Shown here piece by piece: positions 39,285 to 49,179 of a DNA stretch of 64,000 bases. The position numbers and the translations under genes were made by a program. The notes beneath the pieces are model-generated. The model was given only the letters and a program-made list of their open reading frames with translations, made no database searches and had not been told where the DNA came from. Positions within the stretch are counted from its first letter, which is position 1, and the number at the start of each line of letters is the position of its first letter. Origin of the DNA: Bdellovibrionales bacterium (GTDB taxonomy: Bacteria > Bdellovibrionota > Bdellovibrionia > Bdellovibrionales > UBA1609); assembly GCA_965242515.1 (NCBI GenBank), contig OZ251448.1:56978-120977 (forward strand), written 5' to 3'.

Positions 39285-40724
39285 GTGTCTTCTCGCCTTA
39301 CAATATACAATACTTTTTCTCGTAAGAAGGAACTTTTTACACCCTTTCATCCCCCGCATGTAAAAATGTACTGTTGTGGTCCTACTGTTTATGATTTATT
39401 GCATATTGGTAACTTTCGAGGGGCGGTGTTTTACAATTTTTTTCGTCATTGGTTAGAGCATAAGGGTTTTAAGGTGACTTATGCGTATAATTTTACTGAT
39501 GTGGATGATAAAATTTTACAAAGGGCAAAAAAAGAAAATAAATCTATGAAGCAAATAGCTGATTGCTACATTTTAGAATTTAAAAAAGACTTTAAGTGCT
39601 TAAAGTTAACACCTCACACTCACAATCCGCAGGCGACACATTATATTGCTGATATGCTAAAAATCATACAAACACTAGTAACAAAGAAGATGGCTTATGA
39701 GGTAGATGGGGATGTGTTTTACCATGTGCCTTCTTTTTCTCGCTATGGGAAACTAAGTAACAAAAAAGGGGAGGAGCTTATCAGTGGTGTGCGGATTGAA
39801 GTGGATAGCAGAAAAAAAGACTCAAAAGATTTTGCTTTGTGGAAAAAGGTATTACCGAGTGAGCCGGGTTGGAACTCCCCTTGGGGCAGGGGGCGACCTG
39901 GGTGGCATATTGAATGCACCACGATGATTGATTCTTTATTAGGGTCTCCTATAGATATTCACGGTGGAGGTACGGACTTAATTTTTCCGCATCATGAAAA
40001 TGAAATAGCTCAAGCAGGAGGCTTAAGTGGTAACAAACAAGTATTTGTTAAATACTGGGTGCATAATAATATGTTCACTTTTGGCGGAGAGAAAATGGCA
40101 AAATCCACTGGCAATCAAACCATTATGCGGTCTTTTCTGCAAAAATATGGTGGAGAGATTTTTAAATACTTGGTACTTGCCTCTCATTATCGTTCTACAA
40201 TAGAGGTGTCGGAGAAAAAAATCTTTCAGTGTGTGCAGGCTCTTTCTAGAATATACACTTTTTTAAAAGCTACTAAAGATATAGACATTAACAAAGCCCC
40301 TTTAAATAACTCAAGTTGGACAAGCATTACTTGTGCCTTAGATAATGATTTAAACACTTCTGAAGCTTTAGCTGTATTGTTCACTCATATTCGGAAATTT
40401 AATGAACTCAAAAGTAAAAACAACCCCACTGCTTTAAAAACGCAAGCTCAATTAACTAAACAGCTTATTTACAGGTTAGGTAAAATAATGAGTTTGTTTG
40501 AAGAACCCCCTTTAGCATTTTTAACACAATTAGATAACTTGTTTTTAGAAAAAAATAAGCTTAAAAGAGAGGATATTGACCAATTAGTGTCTCAACGCAC
40601 TCTTGCTCGTAAAAATAAAGATTTTAAACAAGCAGATAGTATCAGAAAAAAGTTGTTTGATATGGGGATTGAAGTGCAAGATACCCCTTCTGGCACTTTG
40701 TGGGAGACCAAAAAGCTTTTTTAA
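39285..40724 (+). CDS. cysS: Cysteine-tRNA ligase
   Basis: CGPTVYD, HIGN, GRPGWHIEC, DIHGGGTDLIFPHHENE, KMAKS; GTG start at 39285 assumed. Confidence 0.97.
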   Translation: MSSRLTIYNTFSRKKELFTPFHPPHVKMYCCGPTVYDLLHIGNFRGAVFYNFFRHWLEHKGFKVTYAYNFTDVDDKILQRAKKENKSMKQIADCYILEFKKDFKCLKLTPHTHNPQATHYIADMLKIIQTLVTKKMAYEVDGDVFYHVPSFSRYGKLSNKKGEELISGVRIEVDSRKKDSKDFALWKKVLPSEPGWNSPWGRGRPGWHIECTTMIDSLLGSPIDIHGGGTDLIFPHHENEIAQAGGLSGNKQVFVKYWVHNNMFTFGGEKMAKSTGNQTIMRSFLQKYGGEIFKYLVLASHYRSTIEVSEKKIFQCVQALSRIYTFLKATKDIDINKAPLNNSSWTSITCALDNDLNTSEALAVLFTHIRKFNELKSKNNPTALKTQAQLTKQLIYRLGKIMSLFEEPPLAFLTQLDNLFLEKNKLKREDIDQLVSQRTLARKNKDFKQADSIRKKLFDMGIEVQDTPSGTLWETKKLF

Positions 40725-41542
40725 ATTTTAGGCACAGGTTTAAAAGGCTCGGTTTCTTCAATTAAAGGGGGTGGGGTAACAGGAGGTAGAGAAGAGTCAT
40801 GAGGAATCACAGTGTTTTTGGCTTTTGTTTTGTTCAGAGTTTTTAAATATTCGGGCATATTGTCTGATAACTTGTAGCGTAAAGAGGACCAATTATAGCA
40901 ATCAGAAATAGGGATTTTAACAAAAGAGTTAAGATTTAATATAGGGTAACGGATACTGGCAGGGTGGGTGTTTTGGTGCTTATTTGCCGATGGCGGGGTG
41001 TTACTTACAAGATGATTTAAGTCTTCTATAGCCACACTTTGTTCTTTAAGGTATAGGTCTGTTAATTTACCATCTTTGTTAAAGTGGAGATCCAAAATAT
41101 CGTATTCTCTGTTGTGGAAAATAAAAGGCTGAGAGGGTAGGTGAAAGGCTTGGTTTTCTTCATAATAAAGCACCCCTTTGGTGTGAGGGTGTAGTAACAT
41201 CACAGCTTCTGCTTGAGGAGTGATGTTATTGCGACTTATTTGTATTAATAAAGGAATGGCAGATTTTTTAAGCCTAGCATTAACCCTTTTATCGTTCAAA
41301 AACCGTATGCATACATATATGGGGGAATCAGACCTAGATGATGATGACATATCACTTAATTTTGTGGTGAGATACAAGCCTTCTATTTTTTCTGATATTT
41401 TTTTTAAATTTATTAACTTATTTGTGGATAATGACCTAAACGAATAGACATGTTGCCCCTCATCATCAGAACAACTGCATAAAACCAATAGTAAAAGTAA
41501 TAACTGCCTTTTTACTGCCATTATTTTTTGTATGATACACAA
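40721..41542 (-). CDS. Putative lipoprotein
   Basis: LLLLLLVLCSC lipobox-like; Pro-rich tail. Confidence 0.7.
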   Translation of the reverse strand: MCIIQKIMAVKRQLLLLLLVLCSCSDDEGQHVYSFRSLSTNKLINLKKISEKIEGLYLTTKLSDMSSSSRSDSPIYVCIRFLNDKRVNARLKKSAIPLLIQISRNNITPQAEAVMLLHPHTKGVLYYEENQAFHLPSQPFIFHNREYDILDLHFNKDGKLTDLYLKEQSVAIEDLNHLVSNTPPSANKHQNTHPASIRYPILNLNSFVKIPISDCYNWSSLRYKLSDNMPEYLKTLNKTKAKNTVIPHDSSLPPVTPPPLIEETEPFKPVPKI

Positions 41543-41744
41543 ATTTTATGCTGTTTCGTAAGGTTATTAAACACACTGCGTAATGTTTTTATAATTTCGT
41601 TTGCCAGTGATATGGCAAAAAGCTCTTGCCCAGTGCTTGTTTTTTAATTGTTTTGTTATTATGATAGTGTTATTATGAGGTGTCCCATACCAAACACTGC
41701 ATATCTGTCTTGTTTTTTAATGATTTTGTTATTATGATAGTTTT

Positions 41745-42599
41745 ATGTCTATCCCTTTATCGGAAACTTCTGCTTTTGTGTTAGTGTGCGATAAGGTGAG
41801 TTATCAGAGTGTTAAAACCCGACAATTTTTGTCGCACTTAGATTGTTCAGCAGGGCGTAAGATGTATGATAAAGTGCAGCATCTAAAACCCCATGTTGAT
41901 GAGATTATCCCCAATCGTAAATTCCTCATCCACCAATCTATTCAACAAGCCTTTACAAAATACCGCCAGCAAGAGGTGCAAGTGTTGGTATTAGCTTGTG
42001 GGTGGGATGCCATATTGGTAAAGCTTTATGAGGAATTCCCTAGGGCTACTTTTTTTGGTGTGGATAATGAATCGGTAAATAACCAACATAGCCTTGTGCA
42101 AAAAATAGTGCCTAAGGCTCGCATTGTGTATATACAAGAAGATATTACACATCCTCTGAAGCTTTTAACAAAACTAAAAGCCAAAGGTTTAAGCCATAGC
42201 ACACCCACATACATTGTAACAGAAGGTATTAGCTGTTACATTACGGAATCTGTTTTTTGGCACACTGTAAGTCAATTAGTTAGTAGTATGCAATCTGATA
42301 TATTTATTGCCGGTGATTTTTTAATAGATAACAGTCAGATAAAAAACTCCCCCGTTAGTTTGAGAATGAGTACAGATATATTTAACATGATACAAACAGA
42401 GTGTGATGTGCCTTATTACTCTTATACAACAGAGGCTATACAAAAACACTTACAGCTTATGGGTTTTAGTGGTATTCAATTATTTTCGCAATATGACATA
42501 CAAAAACAACGCACAGGTGCTTATCTACCTTGGACGGATAAAGACAAAGGTCATATTTATTGTTTTACGGGTTATAGGAAGGGTGTTTTACCTTCTTAA
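41745..42599 (+). CDS. Class I SAM-dependent methyltransferase (LCM-like)
   Basis: VLVLACGWD, FGVD, EGISCYI motifs. Confidence 0.8.
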   Translation: MSIPLSETSAFVLVCDKVSYQSVKTRQFLSHLDCSAGRKMYDKVQHLKPHVDEIIPNRKFLIHQSIQQAFTKYRQQEVQVLVLACGWDAILVKLYEEFPRATFFGVDNESVNNQHSLVQKIVPKARIVYIQEDITHPLKLLTKLKAKGLSHSTPTYIVTEGISCYITESVFWHTVSQLVSSMQSDIFIAGDFLIDNSQIKNSPVSLRMSTDIFNMIQTECDVPYYSYTTEAIQKHLQLMGFSGIQLFSQYDIQKQRTGAYLPWTDKDKGHIYCFTGYRKGVLPS

Positions 42600-42658
42600 G
42601 TAGAGATATTTTTAAGTAATCTCAACATATAAGTTATGAAGAGGGGTAGGGCTTTATT

Positions 42659-43690
42659 TTGAAGCAAAAAATGTTAAAACCTTGGGTTTGGCTACCAGCA
42701 TCGTGGTCGTATTGTTTAGGTAATTATTTACTATCGATGTATTCTGCTTTTGTATCAAAGGGGAAGTGTAGTGTATCGCCTCCTGTGTGGCGGTCTGTTA
42801 GGTGGAGGGATTTATATTTCCCCAACCCTTTAGCCCCAGCTGGGGGGGTGGATAAATCAGCGTGTCATATTAAGGCTTGGTGGGCTTTAGGGGCGGGTTT
42901 TTTAGAAATAGGTACTATCACTCCAGAGCCACAAACTAAAAATACAGGTGTCGTGTTGAAAAGAGATATTGCCACACAGGCATTGTGGAATTATTTAGGT
43001 TTTCCGAACATGGGGGCAGGTGCTGTAGCTAAGAGGTTAAAGAAAGTATCGGATAGAAAGTGGACTCCTATTTTTGCTAATATTGGGAGAAATGCAAGTA
43101 CACCAAATAGCGAGGCTGAAAAAGACTATTTAAAATGCATAGATATTTTGCACCCTTATGTATCAGGTTTTGTGATTAACATTAGTAGCCCCAATACGAA
43201 GGGGTTAAGGGGGCTTGCTCGCCCAACTGCTTTAAAGAAGTTATTGACAAAAGTTAGAGATAAGATAGCTCATTTGCCAGAGGTTAATTTACCCTTTTTG
43301 GTTAAGTGGAGTCCGGACTTATCGGAGAAGGATTTTTTGCACGGGGTGGATGTGGCTATGGAGTGTGGGGTGAGTGGGCATATTTTATGTAATAGTACGA
43401 CTTTTAGAAATGAGGGTGCGGGAGAAGCAAAGGTGTTTCCACTACATGGCGGAGTATCTGGCATGCCACTGGCACGCAGGGCTAAACATCAGTTGGTTTT
43501 AGTGCAGAAGCATTTAGGGGTTGATAGAATAGGGCAGTTATTGGTTTCAGTGGGTGGGGTGATGAGTGCGGAGGATGTTTTTCAACGCTTGGCTATGGGA
43601 GCCGACTTGGTGCAAGTGTATTCAGCTTTGGTGTTTGAGGGTCCTTGGTTTTTCCGTCAAGTTAGTCAAAAAAGCAGGTCAGTTTTTTAA
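42659..43690 (+). CDS. pyrD: Dihydroorotate dehydrogenase (quinone)
   Basis: AGGVDK, EIGTITP, NISSPNTKGLR, GGVSG, GADLVQVYS. Confidence 0.95.
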   Translation: MKQKMLKPWVWLPASWSYCLGNYLLSMYSAFVSKGKCSVSPPVWRSVRWRDLYFPNPLAPAGGVDKSACHIKAWWALGAGFLEIGTITPEPQTKNTGVVLKRDIATQALWNYLGFPNMGAGAVAKRLKKVSDRKWTPIFANIGRNASTPNSEAEKDYLKCIDILHPYVSGFVINISSPNTKGLRGLARPTALKKLLTKVRDKIAHLPEVNLPFLVKWSPDLSEKDFLHGVDVAMECGVSGHILCNSTTFRNEGAGEAKVFPLHGGVSGMPLARRAKHQLVLVQKHLGVDRIGQLLVSVGGVMSAEDVFQRLAMGADLVQVYSALVFEGPWFFRQVSQKSRSVF

Positions 43691-43695
43691 TTTTG

Positions 43696-43804
43696 CCAAA
43701 AAAGCTTATGCAGTGCGTAATTTTAAGATAAAAAGCATTTACAAATCGGACCCGTGGAAAGTCCGGATGGAAAGTTCGATAAAAGAATTTAAGGAGGTGT
43801 TATG
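43696..43804 (+). repeat. Family E leader, copy 1
   Basis: ttatgcagtgcgtaatttta(a/g)gataaaaagc...gataaa(a)gaattta-SD-ATG shared with 49734-49829. Confidence 0.85.
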
Positions 43805-43912
43805 AAAACACTTGGTGTTACAAAAACACTAAAAGAATTTATCTTTTCTCTTATAACCCATACGGTGGCGGGGCTTTCAAATCTTCAAACTTGTAAAGGC
43901 GGTAAAAAGTGA
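43802..43912 (+). CDS. 36-aa small ORF behind family E leader
   Basis: SD aaggagg; MKTLGVTK...CKGGKK; stop overlaps GTG of next ORF. Confidence 0.4.
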   Translation: MKTLGVTKTLKEFIFSLITHTVAGLSNLQTCKGGKK

Positions 43913-44091
43913 AACAATTTATAAAATACTTAATAGTGTTTATCTTTACACTACAAACACCTTTTGTTTATTCTAATGAACCAGTTGAAGGTCAACAAGC
44001 TTATATAGGACCTTGGGTGTATAGGGTGCTTAAATTAGGAGTTAGTGTTGGTACATTGTTGATGAAATATTGTGCTGAAGAACACAATTAA
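43909..44091 (+). CDS. Small exported hypothetical protein or gene remnant
   Basis: Signal-peptide-like N-terminus; GTGA overlap with upstream ORF. Confidence 0.45.
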   Translation: MKQFIKYLIVFIFTLQTPFVYSNEPVEGQQAYIGPWVYRVLKLGVSVGTLLMKYCAEEHN

Positions 44092-44296
44092 AAGAATACA
44101 TTAGTTACTATTTCTTTCGTCCATTGTTGTTATTTCTGCGTCAGTTGTCACTTTTACCACAATTTAAGAGAGGATAAAAAATGCTTTTTTTTCATCTCAT
44201 AACTAATTAAAATTACTTAACTTTTTAGTCTTAGGACTTTCGCTCAAGCTCTATCATAAGAACAAATACTAGCCCAAAAGCCCCTCCCTTTGATGG

Positions 44297-44896
44297 TTAG
44301 AATGTGGAGAGGATTTCTATAACGAATGCCATTTGTGTATTTTGCAAGGTATTATCGTTACAGCCTGGCAGTCTAATTTGTTCGGTTGTTTGGTAGTGGT
44401 CTAGGGGGATTTGTCTGTTGCAATTGGTGGTAATGTGTTTTCGAATCAGTGATTGACATTTATCTTTTTGAGATTGTTTTTCTGTTTTTAAGCAAGTTTG
44501 GTAGTTGATAACTTGTGATTTGTAGGATTTACAATTCCCTGTACATCCATCGACAAATGTAGCTTGTGTTTGTTTTGTGGAGCTTTTTCCGGGTATGGGT
44601 GGAGGGGGTGGTGGGACGGGAATCCAACCATCTTTTGAAGACATATCACTTGATGATGGACCGAAATGAGCAAAACGAGCTTTTGGTTGCTCTTCATTAC
44701 CTGAAGGAGTAGAGTTTTTTTGCAACTGTTTTGATAAGGGTACAGGAGCTGTGGCAGATTGAGGGCTTTTAGCTTTAACCATTGTTACCATACTAACAGT
44801 TATCACAAAAGCCATTGTGTACTTATGGCAAATTACTCTGCATATTACTCTACATATAGTTGTAAAATAAGACAAAATTTTAGTTTTTAAAAGCAT
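44297..44896 (-). CDS. Hypothetical exported protein, Pro-rich linker and Cys-rich C-terminus
   Basis: 199-aa ORF; sigma-28-like promoter upstream. Confidence 0.7.
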   Translation of the reverse strand: MLLKTKILSYFTTICRVICRVICHKYTMAFVITVSMVTMVKAKSPQSATAPVPLSKQLQKNSTPSGNEEQPKARFAHFGPSSSDMSSKDGWIPVPPPPPPIPGKSSTKQTQATFVDGCTGNCKSYKSQVINYQTCLKTEKQSQKDKCQSLIRKHITTNCNRQIPLDHYQTTEQIRLPGCNDNTLQNTQMAFVIEILSTF

Positions 44897-44906
44897 AGCT
44901 CTTTTA

Positions 44907-44934
44907 TTATCGGCAAAAGTAACAAAAATCTTGA
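44907..44934 (-). promoter_or_regulatory. Sigma-28-like promoter
   Basis: TCAAG-N15-GCCGATAA on minus strand, 10 nt upstream of ATG 44896. Confidence 0.55.
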
Positions 44935-44969
44935 TTTTTTATAGATTATTTAGTATCCTATTATAAGCT

Positions 44970-45308
44970 ATGAAACAATTTACACCTTTATTTCAAGCAA
45001 TTATAGCATTTGTAGCCGTACTTACAGGCTTAGGTTTTGTGTTTAACTTACTTTTAGGACCAGTTAAGGCTTCTCAAGAAGAATCTAGGATTTCTCAAAA
45101 ATATGCTAGAGATGCCCAAGAGCGTTCCAGAATCGCTCAAGAACGCTTTAGTGTGATCCAAGAACAGCTAAAAGTAGCCCAGGACGACCTAAGGAAAAAC
45201 CAAAAAGATATGGAATCAGAGCTTAAGCAAGTGCAATCAGAGCTTAAACAAGTACATACAAAAATAGACCTACTCTTAAGTAGGAGTAAAAAAGGCTTTT
45301 CATCATAA
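44970..45308 (+). CDS. Small protein with N-terminal TM helix and coiled coil
   Basis: Hydrophobic N-terminus then heptad-like repeats (ESRISQ/ERSRIAQ, SELKQV x2). Confidence 0.75.
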   Translation: MKQFTPLFQAIIAFVAVLTGLGFVFNLLLGPVKASQEESRISQKYARDAQERSRIAQERFSVIQEQLKVAQDDLRKNQKDMESELKQVQSELKQVHTKIDLLLSRSKKGFSS

Positions 45309-45605
45309 ACATTAAAACTAAAGTCTAGAAATCAAGGGGATAAACAAAAACAACAAATTTGCTGAAATTCTGCTAAAAAAAGCCAAAAGTGGTTGAAAAA
45401 GCAAGAAATCTTAAGTTTTGTATGAAAAAAATGGATTTTTGAGCAGTTTTTGTAGGATTTTTTACTTGTTTTTTATTTTTTATTAGTACACACTTTTAAA
45501 AGCTGAAGGGTTTTAAAGTGATTTAAGCTTTAGGGTTTAAAATTTTATTAACAAATTAACAAATTTAAAAAAGAATTAACAATTTTATAAAAAGGAGGCT
45601 ATGTT

Positions 45606-46226
45606 ATGAAAACAATAATCATTCATTTTTTATCCGTACTATTACTTACCATGTATGCCATAACGGCAACTGCTACACACCATAAGGCTAAAAAAAGCCA
45701 TACTAAGCGGGAGCTATTGTCGCACCACACGCACAGTATGTCGCATAGTAGTGTATATGACAAAGGTTTTGTCACTATTAGTTACGGGCTGGAGTTTGAT
45801 CCTTTTAATGACCTAGAGTATAAGAATATGTTGGTAGATTTGCAGTATGGTCGCCATTTTGGCAGAAAAAGCTTTTTTTCTGCAGGTGTAAGGGGGCATC
45901 ATGAGGTAGCCTTAGTTTTTAGATACGGGATGGATTTTACCAGAAATTGGAGTTGGGTACCTGGTTTAGATGCATCTGTTTTAATTGGCAGAACATGGTC
46001 TAGCCCTAAACCGGTTGATAGTGGACAAGGTAATAATAATGTTAAATCTCAACCTTCTTTAGGGTTCGGTTTTGAATTTGGTTTTTATTTAAAAACTTTT
46101 ATTACTAAAGTGCATGCTATATTTTTGCGTACTGGTGTAGTGCATGAAAACAACCAATCTCTTTCCAACTTTGACTTTAAAGATTCTTCAGCTTACATTC
46201 ACCTTATGTTGCGGTGGCACTTTTAA
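45606..46226 (+). CDS. Putative outer-membrane beta-barrel protein with His-rich N-terminus
   Basis: Signal peptide, alternating beta pattern, terminal aromatic (RWHF). Confidence 0.7.
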   Translation: MKTIIIHFLSVLLLTMYAITATATHHKAKKSHTKRELLSHHTHSMSHSSVYDKGFVTISYGLEFDPFNDLEYKNMLVDLQYGRHFGRKSFFSAGVRGHHEVALVFRYGMDFTRNWSWVPGLDASVLIGRTWSSPKPVDSGQGNNNVKSQPSLGFGFEFGFYLKTFITKVHAIFLRTGVVHENNQSLSNFDFKDSSAYIHLMLRWHF

Positions 46227-46241
46227 TAGCACTTTAGTTTA

Positions 46242-47684
46242 GTGAAGGGGAACTCTTTAGTAAGGGTGCGTTTTGCACCCAGCCCTACAGGTGTTTTACA
46301 TGTAGGGGGTGTGCGTACTGCTTTATTTAATTACTTATTTGCTAAAAAACACCAAGGTAGTTTTATTTTACGAGTGGAAGATACCGATACCACTCGTAGC
46401 AACGATTCTTACTTAACAGAACAACTAGAAAATTTAAAATGGCTGGGTCTTAATTGGGACGATGGTCCTTACAGGCAAAGTGAAAGGTTACACATTTACC
46501 GTCATTGGGCTTATCAGTTAATAAAAAAAGGGCATGCCTACTACTGTTTTTTAAGTGAAGCAGAGTGTGAGGCACAAAAAAAACAATCTATCCAAAACAC
46601 CCCTTTTCGTATTAAAAGCCCCTATAGGGACGAAAGCTTGCAAACAGCGGAAGCTAAAATACAAGCAGGTGAAAAAGCCACTATTCGTTTTAAAGCTTCT
46701 ACCCACACTGTCAAACAGTATTCTTTCACAGATATTGTACGGGGTGATATATCTTTTCCCTCTGACATGGTGGGGGATTTTATACTGATAAGGGCAAATG
46801 GTATGCCGGTTTATAATTTTTCTTGTGCGGTGGACGATCACCTTATGCATATTTCCCATGTACTCCGTTCAGAAGAACATCTACCCAACACCCTAAGGCA
46901 GTTAATGATTTTTGACGCTCTTTTGTGGAAAAGACCTTTATTCGGACACCTGTCTATTATACAAGGCAGTGATCGTAAAAAATTAAGCAAAAGGCATGGA
47001 GCTGTGTCTTGCAAAGAGTACAAAAAACAAGGCTATTTACCAGAGGCCTTGGTCAACTTTTTAGCCCTTTTAGGTTGGAACCCTAAAACAACTCAAGAGT
47101 TTTTTTTGCTACCAGAATTAATAAAACTATTTTCTCTTAAAGGTCTCCATACTGCCCCTGCCGTGTTTGATGAAAAAAAACTTAAGTGGTTAAACAGCCA
47201 ACATATTAAACAATCAGACGACTTACTTTTATGGAGCAAATTAAATATATTTTTTCGCCAAAAAGGCTTAGAGTTTCCAAACTCTAATGAGTGGCGTAAA
47301 AAAGCTGTGCAAACACTTAAAACTTCTTTTACCACTTTGTTAGAAGGGGCAGAGTTATTTCAAGCTCTATCGTTAAACGAGTTTAAGATTTATCCGTCAG
47401 CTAAAGTGATATATCAATGGTCGTCCACAATGGATGTTTTAAAAGCCTGGGAGGAATGTTTAAAATCCCATAAAGATACTATAGTAGAAAGTAAAGATTT
47501 TTTATCTTTTGTGAAACTTATTCAAACCAAGGTAAAAGTAAAGGGTAAGTTTTTGTTTATGCCTCTTCGTGTAGCTGTTATGGGATACCCAGAAGGGGCT
47601 GAACTAAAAACCATAGTACCCCTTCTTACTCGTGATATATTGCTACAAAGAGTGAAAAAAGCTTGCTTGATAAATGAGCGATAA
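46242..47684 (+). CDS. gltX: Glutamate-tRNA ligase
   Basis: RFAPSPTG, HVGG, LRVEDTD, KLSKR. Confidence 0.97.
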   Translation: MKGNSLVRVRFAPSPTGVLHVGGVRTALFNYLFAKKHQGSFILRVEDTDTTRSNDSYLTEQLENLKWLGLNWDDGPYRQSERLHIYRHWAYQLIKKGHAYYCFLSEAECEAQKKQSIQNTPFRIKSPYRDESLQTAEAKIQAGEKATIRFKASTHTVKQYSFTDIVRGDISFPSDMVGDFILIRANGMPVYNFSCAVDDHLMHISHVLRSEEHLPNTLRQLMIFDALLWKRPLFGHLSIIQGSDRKKLSKRHGAVSCKEYKKQGYLPEALVNFLALLGWNPKTTQEFFLLPELIKLFSLKGLHTAPAVFDEKKLKWLNSQHIKQSDDLLLWSKLNIFFRQKGLEFPNSNEWRKKAVQTLKTSFTTLLEGAELFQALSLNEFKIYPSAKVIYQWSSTMDVLKAWEECLKSHKDTIVESKDFLSFVKLIQTKVKVKGKFLFMPLRVAVMGYPEGAELKTIVPLLTRDILLQRVKKACLINER

Positions 47685-47702
47685 TGTAATAAACCATAGC
47701 TT

Positions 47703-49118
47703 GTGAAATCAACAGAAAAAAAAACACGCTTTGTGTGCCAAGAATGTGGTGCAGAATGCCTCAAGTGGCAAGGGCAATGCCCTCAATGTAAAAAGTGGAA
47801 CTGTCTTACAGAAGAGCTGTTATCCCCCGCCGTATCGCCTTTTGCCGGCTCACAAAAAACCCTTGCTTCTTCTGGTAAGCAGCCTGTTCTTCTTAGTGAT
47901 AAACTATCGCACTCCACCGAATATCGAACACCTACTAACATGCCGGAATTAGACCGTGCCTTAGGAGGGGGCTTAGTCCCCGGCTCCTACATTCTCTTAG
48001 GCGGAGCCCCCGGTATTGGTAAAAGCACTTTGCTTTTGCAAATGGCAGAAGGTTTGTCTCAAACATCAACTGCTAAAAAAAATAATCAAAAAAATCAAAC
48101 GGTGTTTTATGTGTCAGCAGAAGAAAGCACTAATCAAACAATTATGCGAGCCTCACGGTTAGCTCTTAAAAAAACACCATCTATTTTTATACTGAACGAA
48201 ACCTCCTTAGATCGTATCTTTCACCATGTGGAAAAAATCAAACCTAAAGTGTTAATTGTGGATTCGATACAAACAGTGCAGCTATCGGCTTTGTCGTCCC
48301 CAGCAGGTTCTATGTCTCAATTAAGAGAATGTGCTAACCAATTACTTACTTTTGCTAAAAACACGCAAACCACAGTGTTTATTATCGGGCATATTACCAA
48401 AGACGGTCAATTAGCAGGTCCCCGTTTGTTAGAACACACAGTAGATACCGTACTATCTTTTGAAGGCGACCCTCATTATAATTTTCGCCTCTTAAGAGTG
48501 TTGAAAAATCGTTTTGGACCTACAAACGAAGTAGGCGTGTTTCAAATGTCGTCAATGGGGCTTGTGGGTGTGGCTAACCCTTCTCAATTTTTTTTAGAAG
48601 AAAGAGGAGGGGCTGAGTGCATCGGCTCTGCTGTGTTCACCGCTATGAAAGGCTCTCGCCCCCTCCTTTGCGAAGTGCAAGCCTTAGCCCTTAAAAGCTA
48701 CCTGCCTATGCCTCGCCGTACAGCTATAGGTATTGATGTTAACAGATTAAATATGATTATCGCTATTTTAGATCGCTACCTGAATACAAAGCTTTCTCAA
48801 TACGATATATTTGTTAATGTGGCAGGCGGGCTAAAAATAACAGAACCTGCTATCGACCTGGCTGTGGCAAAAGCCCTACTGTCAGCTAAAACAGGAAAGG
48901 CTGTGGACCATACTAGTTGCTTTTTTGGAGAGCTGGGACTAACAGGCGAAACTAGAGCAGGGGCTTTTTGCGAAGAGCGTATTAAAGAAGCTGTCAAACT
49001 GGGTTTTCAACATATCTACATCCCCCTAAGTAATAAAAAAAACCTGCACCTCACATCTAAAGAACTAAAAAATATTACCATACATGGTATAAAACACATC
49101 ACCCCCAAAGGGGGATAA
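47703..49118 (+). CDS. radA: DNA repair protein RadA/Sms
   Basis: CQECG...CPQC zinc finger, GAPGIGKSTLLLQ, KNRFG, GELGLTGE. Confidence 0.97.
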   Translation: MKSTEKKTRFVCQECGAECLKWQGQCPQCKKWNCLTEELLSPAVSPFAGSQKTLASSGKQPVLLSDKLSHSTEYRTPTNMPELDRALGGGLVPGSYILLGGAPGIGKSTLLLQMAEGLSQTSTAKKNNQKNQTVFYVSAEESTNQTIMRASRLALKKTPSIFILNETSLDRIFHHVEKIKPKVLIVDSIQTVQLSALSSPAGSMSQLRECANQLLTFAKNTQTTVFIIGHITKDGQLAGPRLLEHTVDTVLSFEGDPHYNFRLLRVLKNRFGPTNEVGVFQMSSMGLVGVANPSQFFLEERGGAECIGSAVFTAMKGSRPLLCEVQALALKSYLPMPRRTAIGIDVNRLNMIIAILDRYLNTKLSQYDIFVNVAGGLKITEPAIDLAVAKALLSAKTGKAVDHTSCFFGELGLTGETRAGAFCEERIKEAVKLGFQHIYIPLSNKKNLHLTSKELKNITIHGIKHITPKGG

Positions 49119-49165
49119 TTTTGATGCTACTCTGCTAAGAACGTTCTACCTTCATCTAATCCATA
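49100..49165 (-). repeat. Family C copy overlapping radA stop codon
   Basis: cacccccaaagggggataattttgatgctac; reverse complement resembles 24678-24737. Confidence 0.8.
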
Positions 49166-49179
49166 CCCCCTACTTTCAG

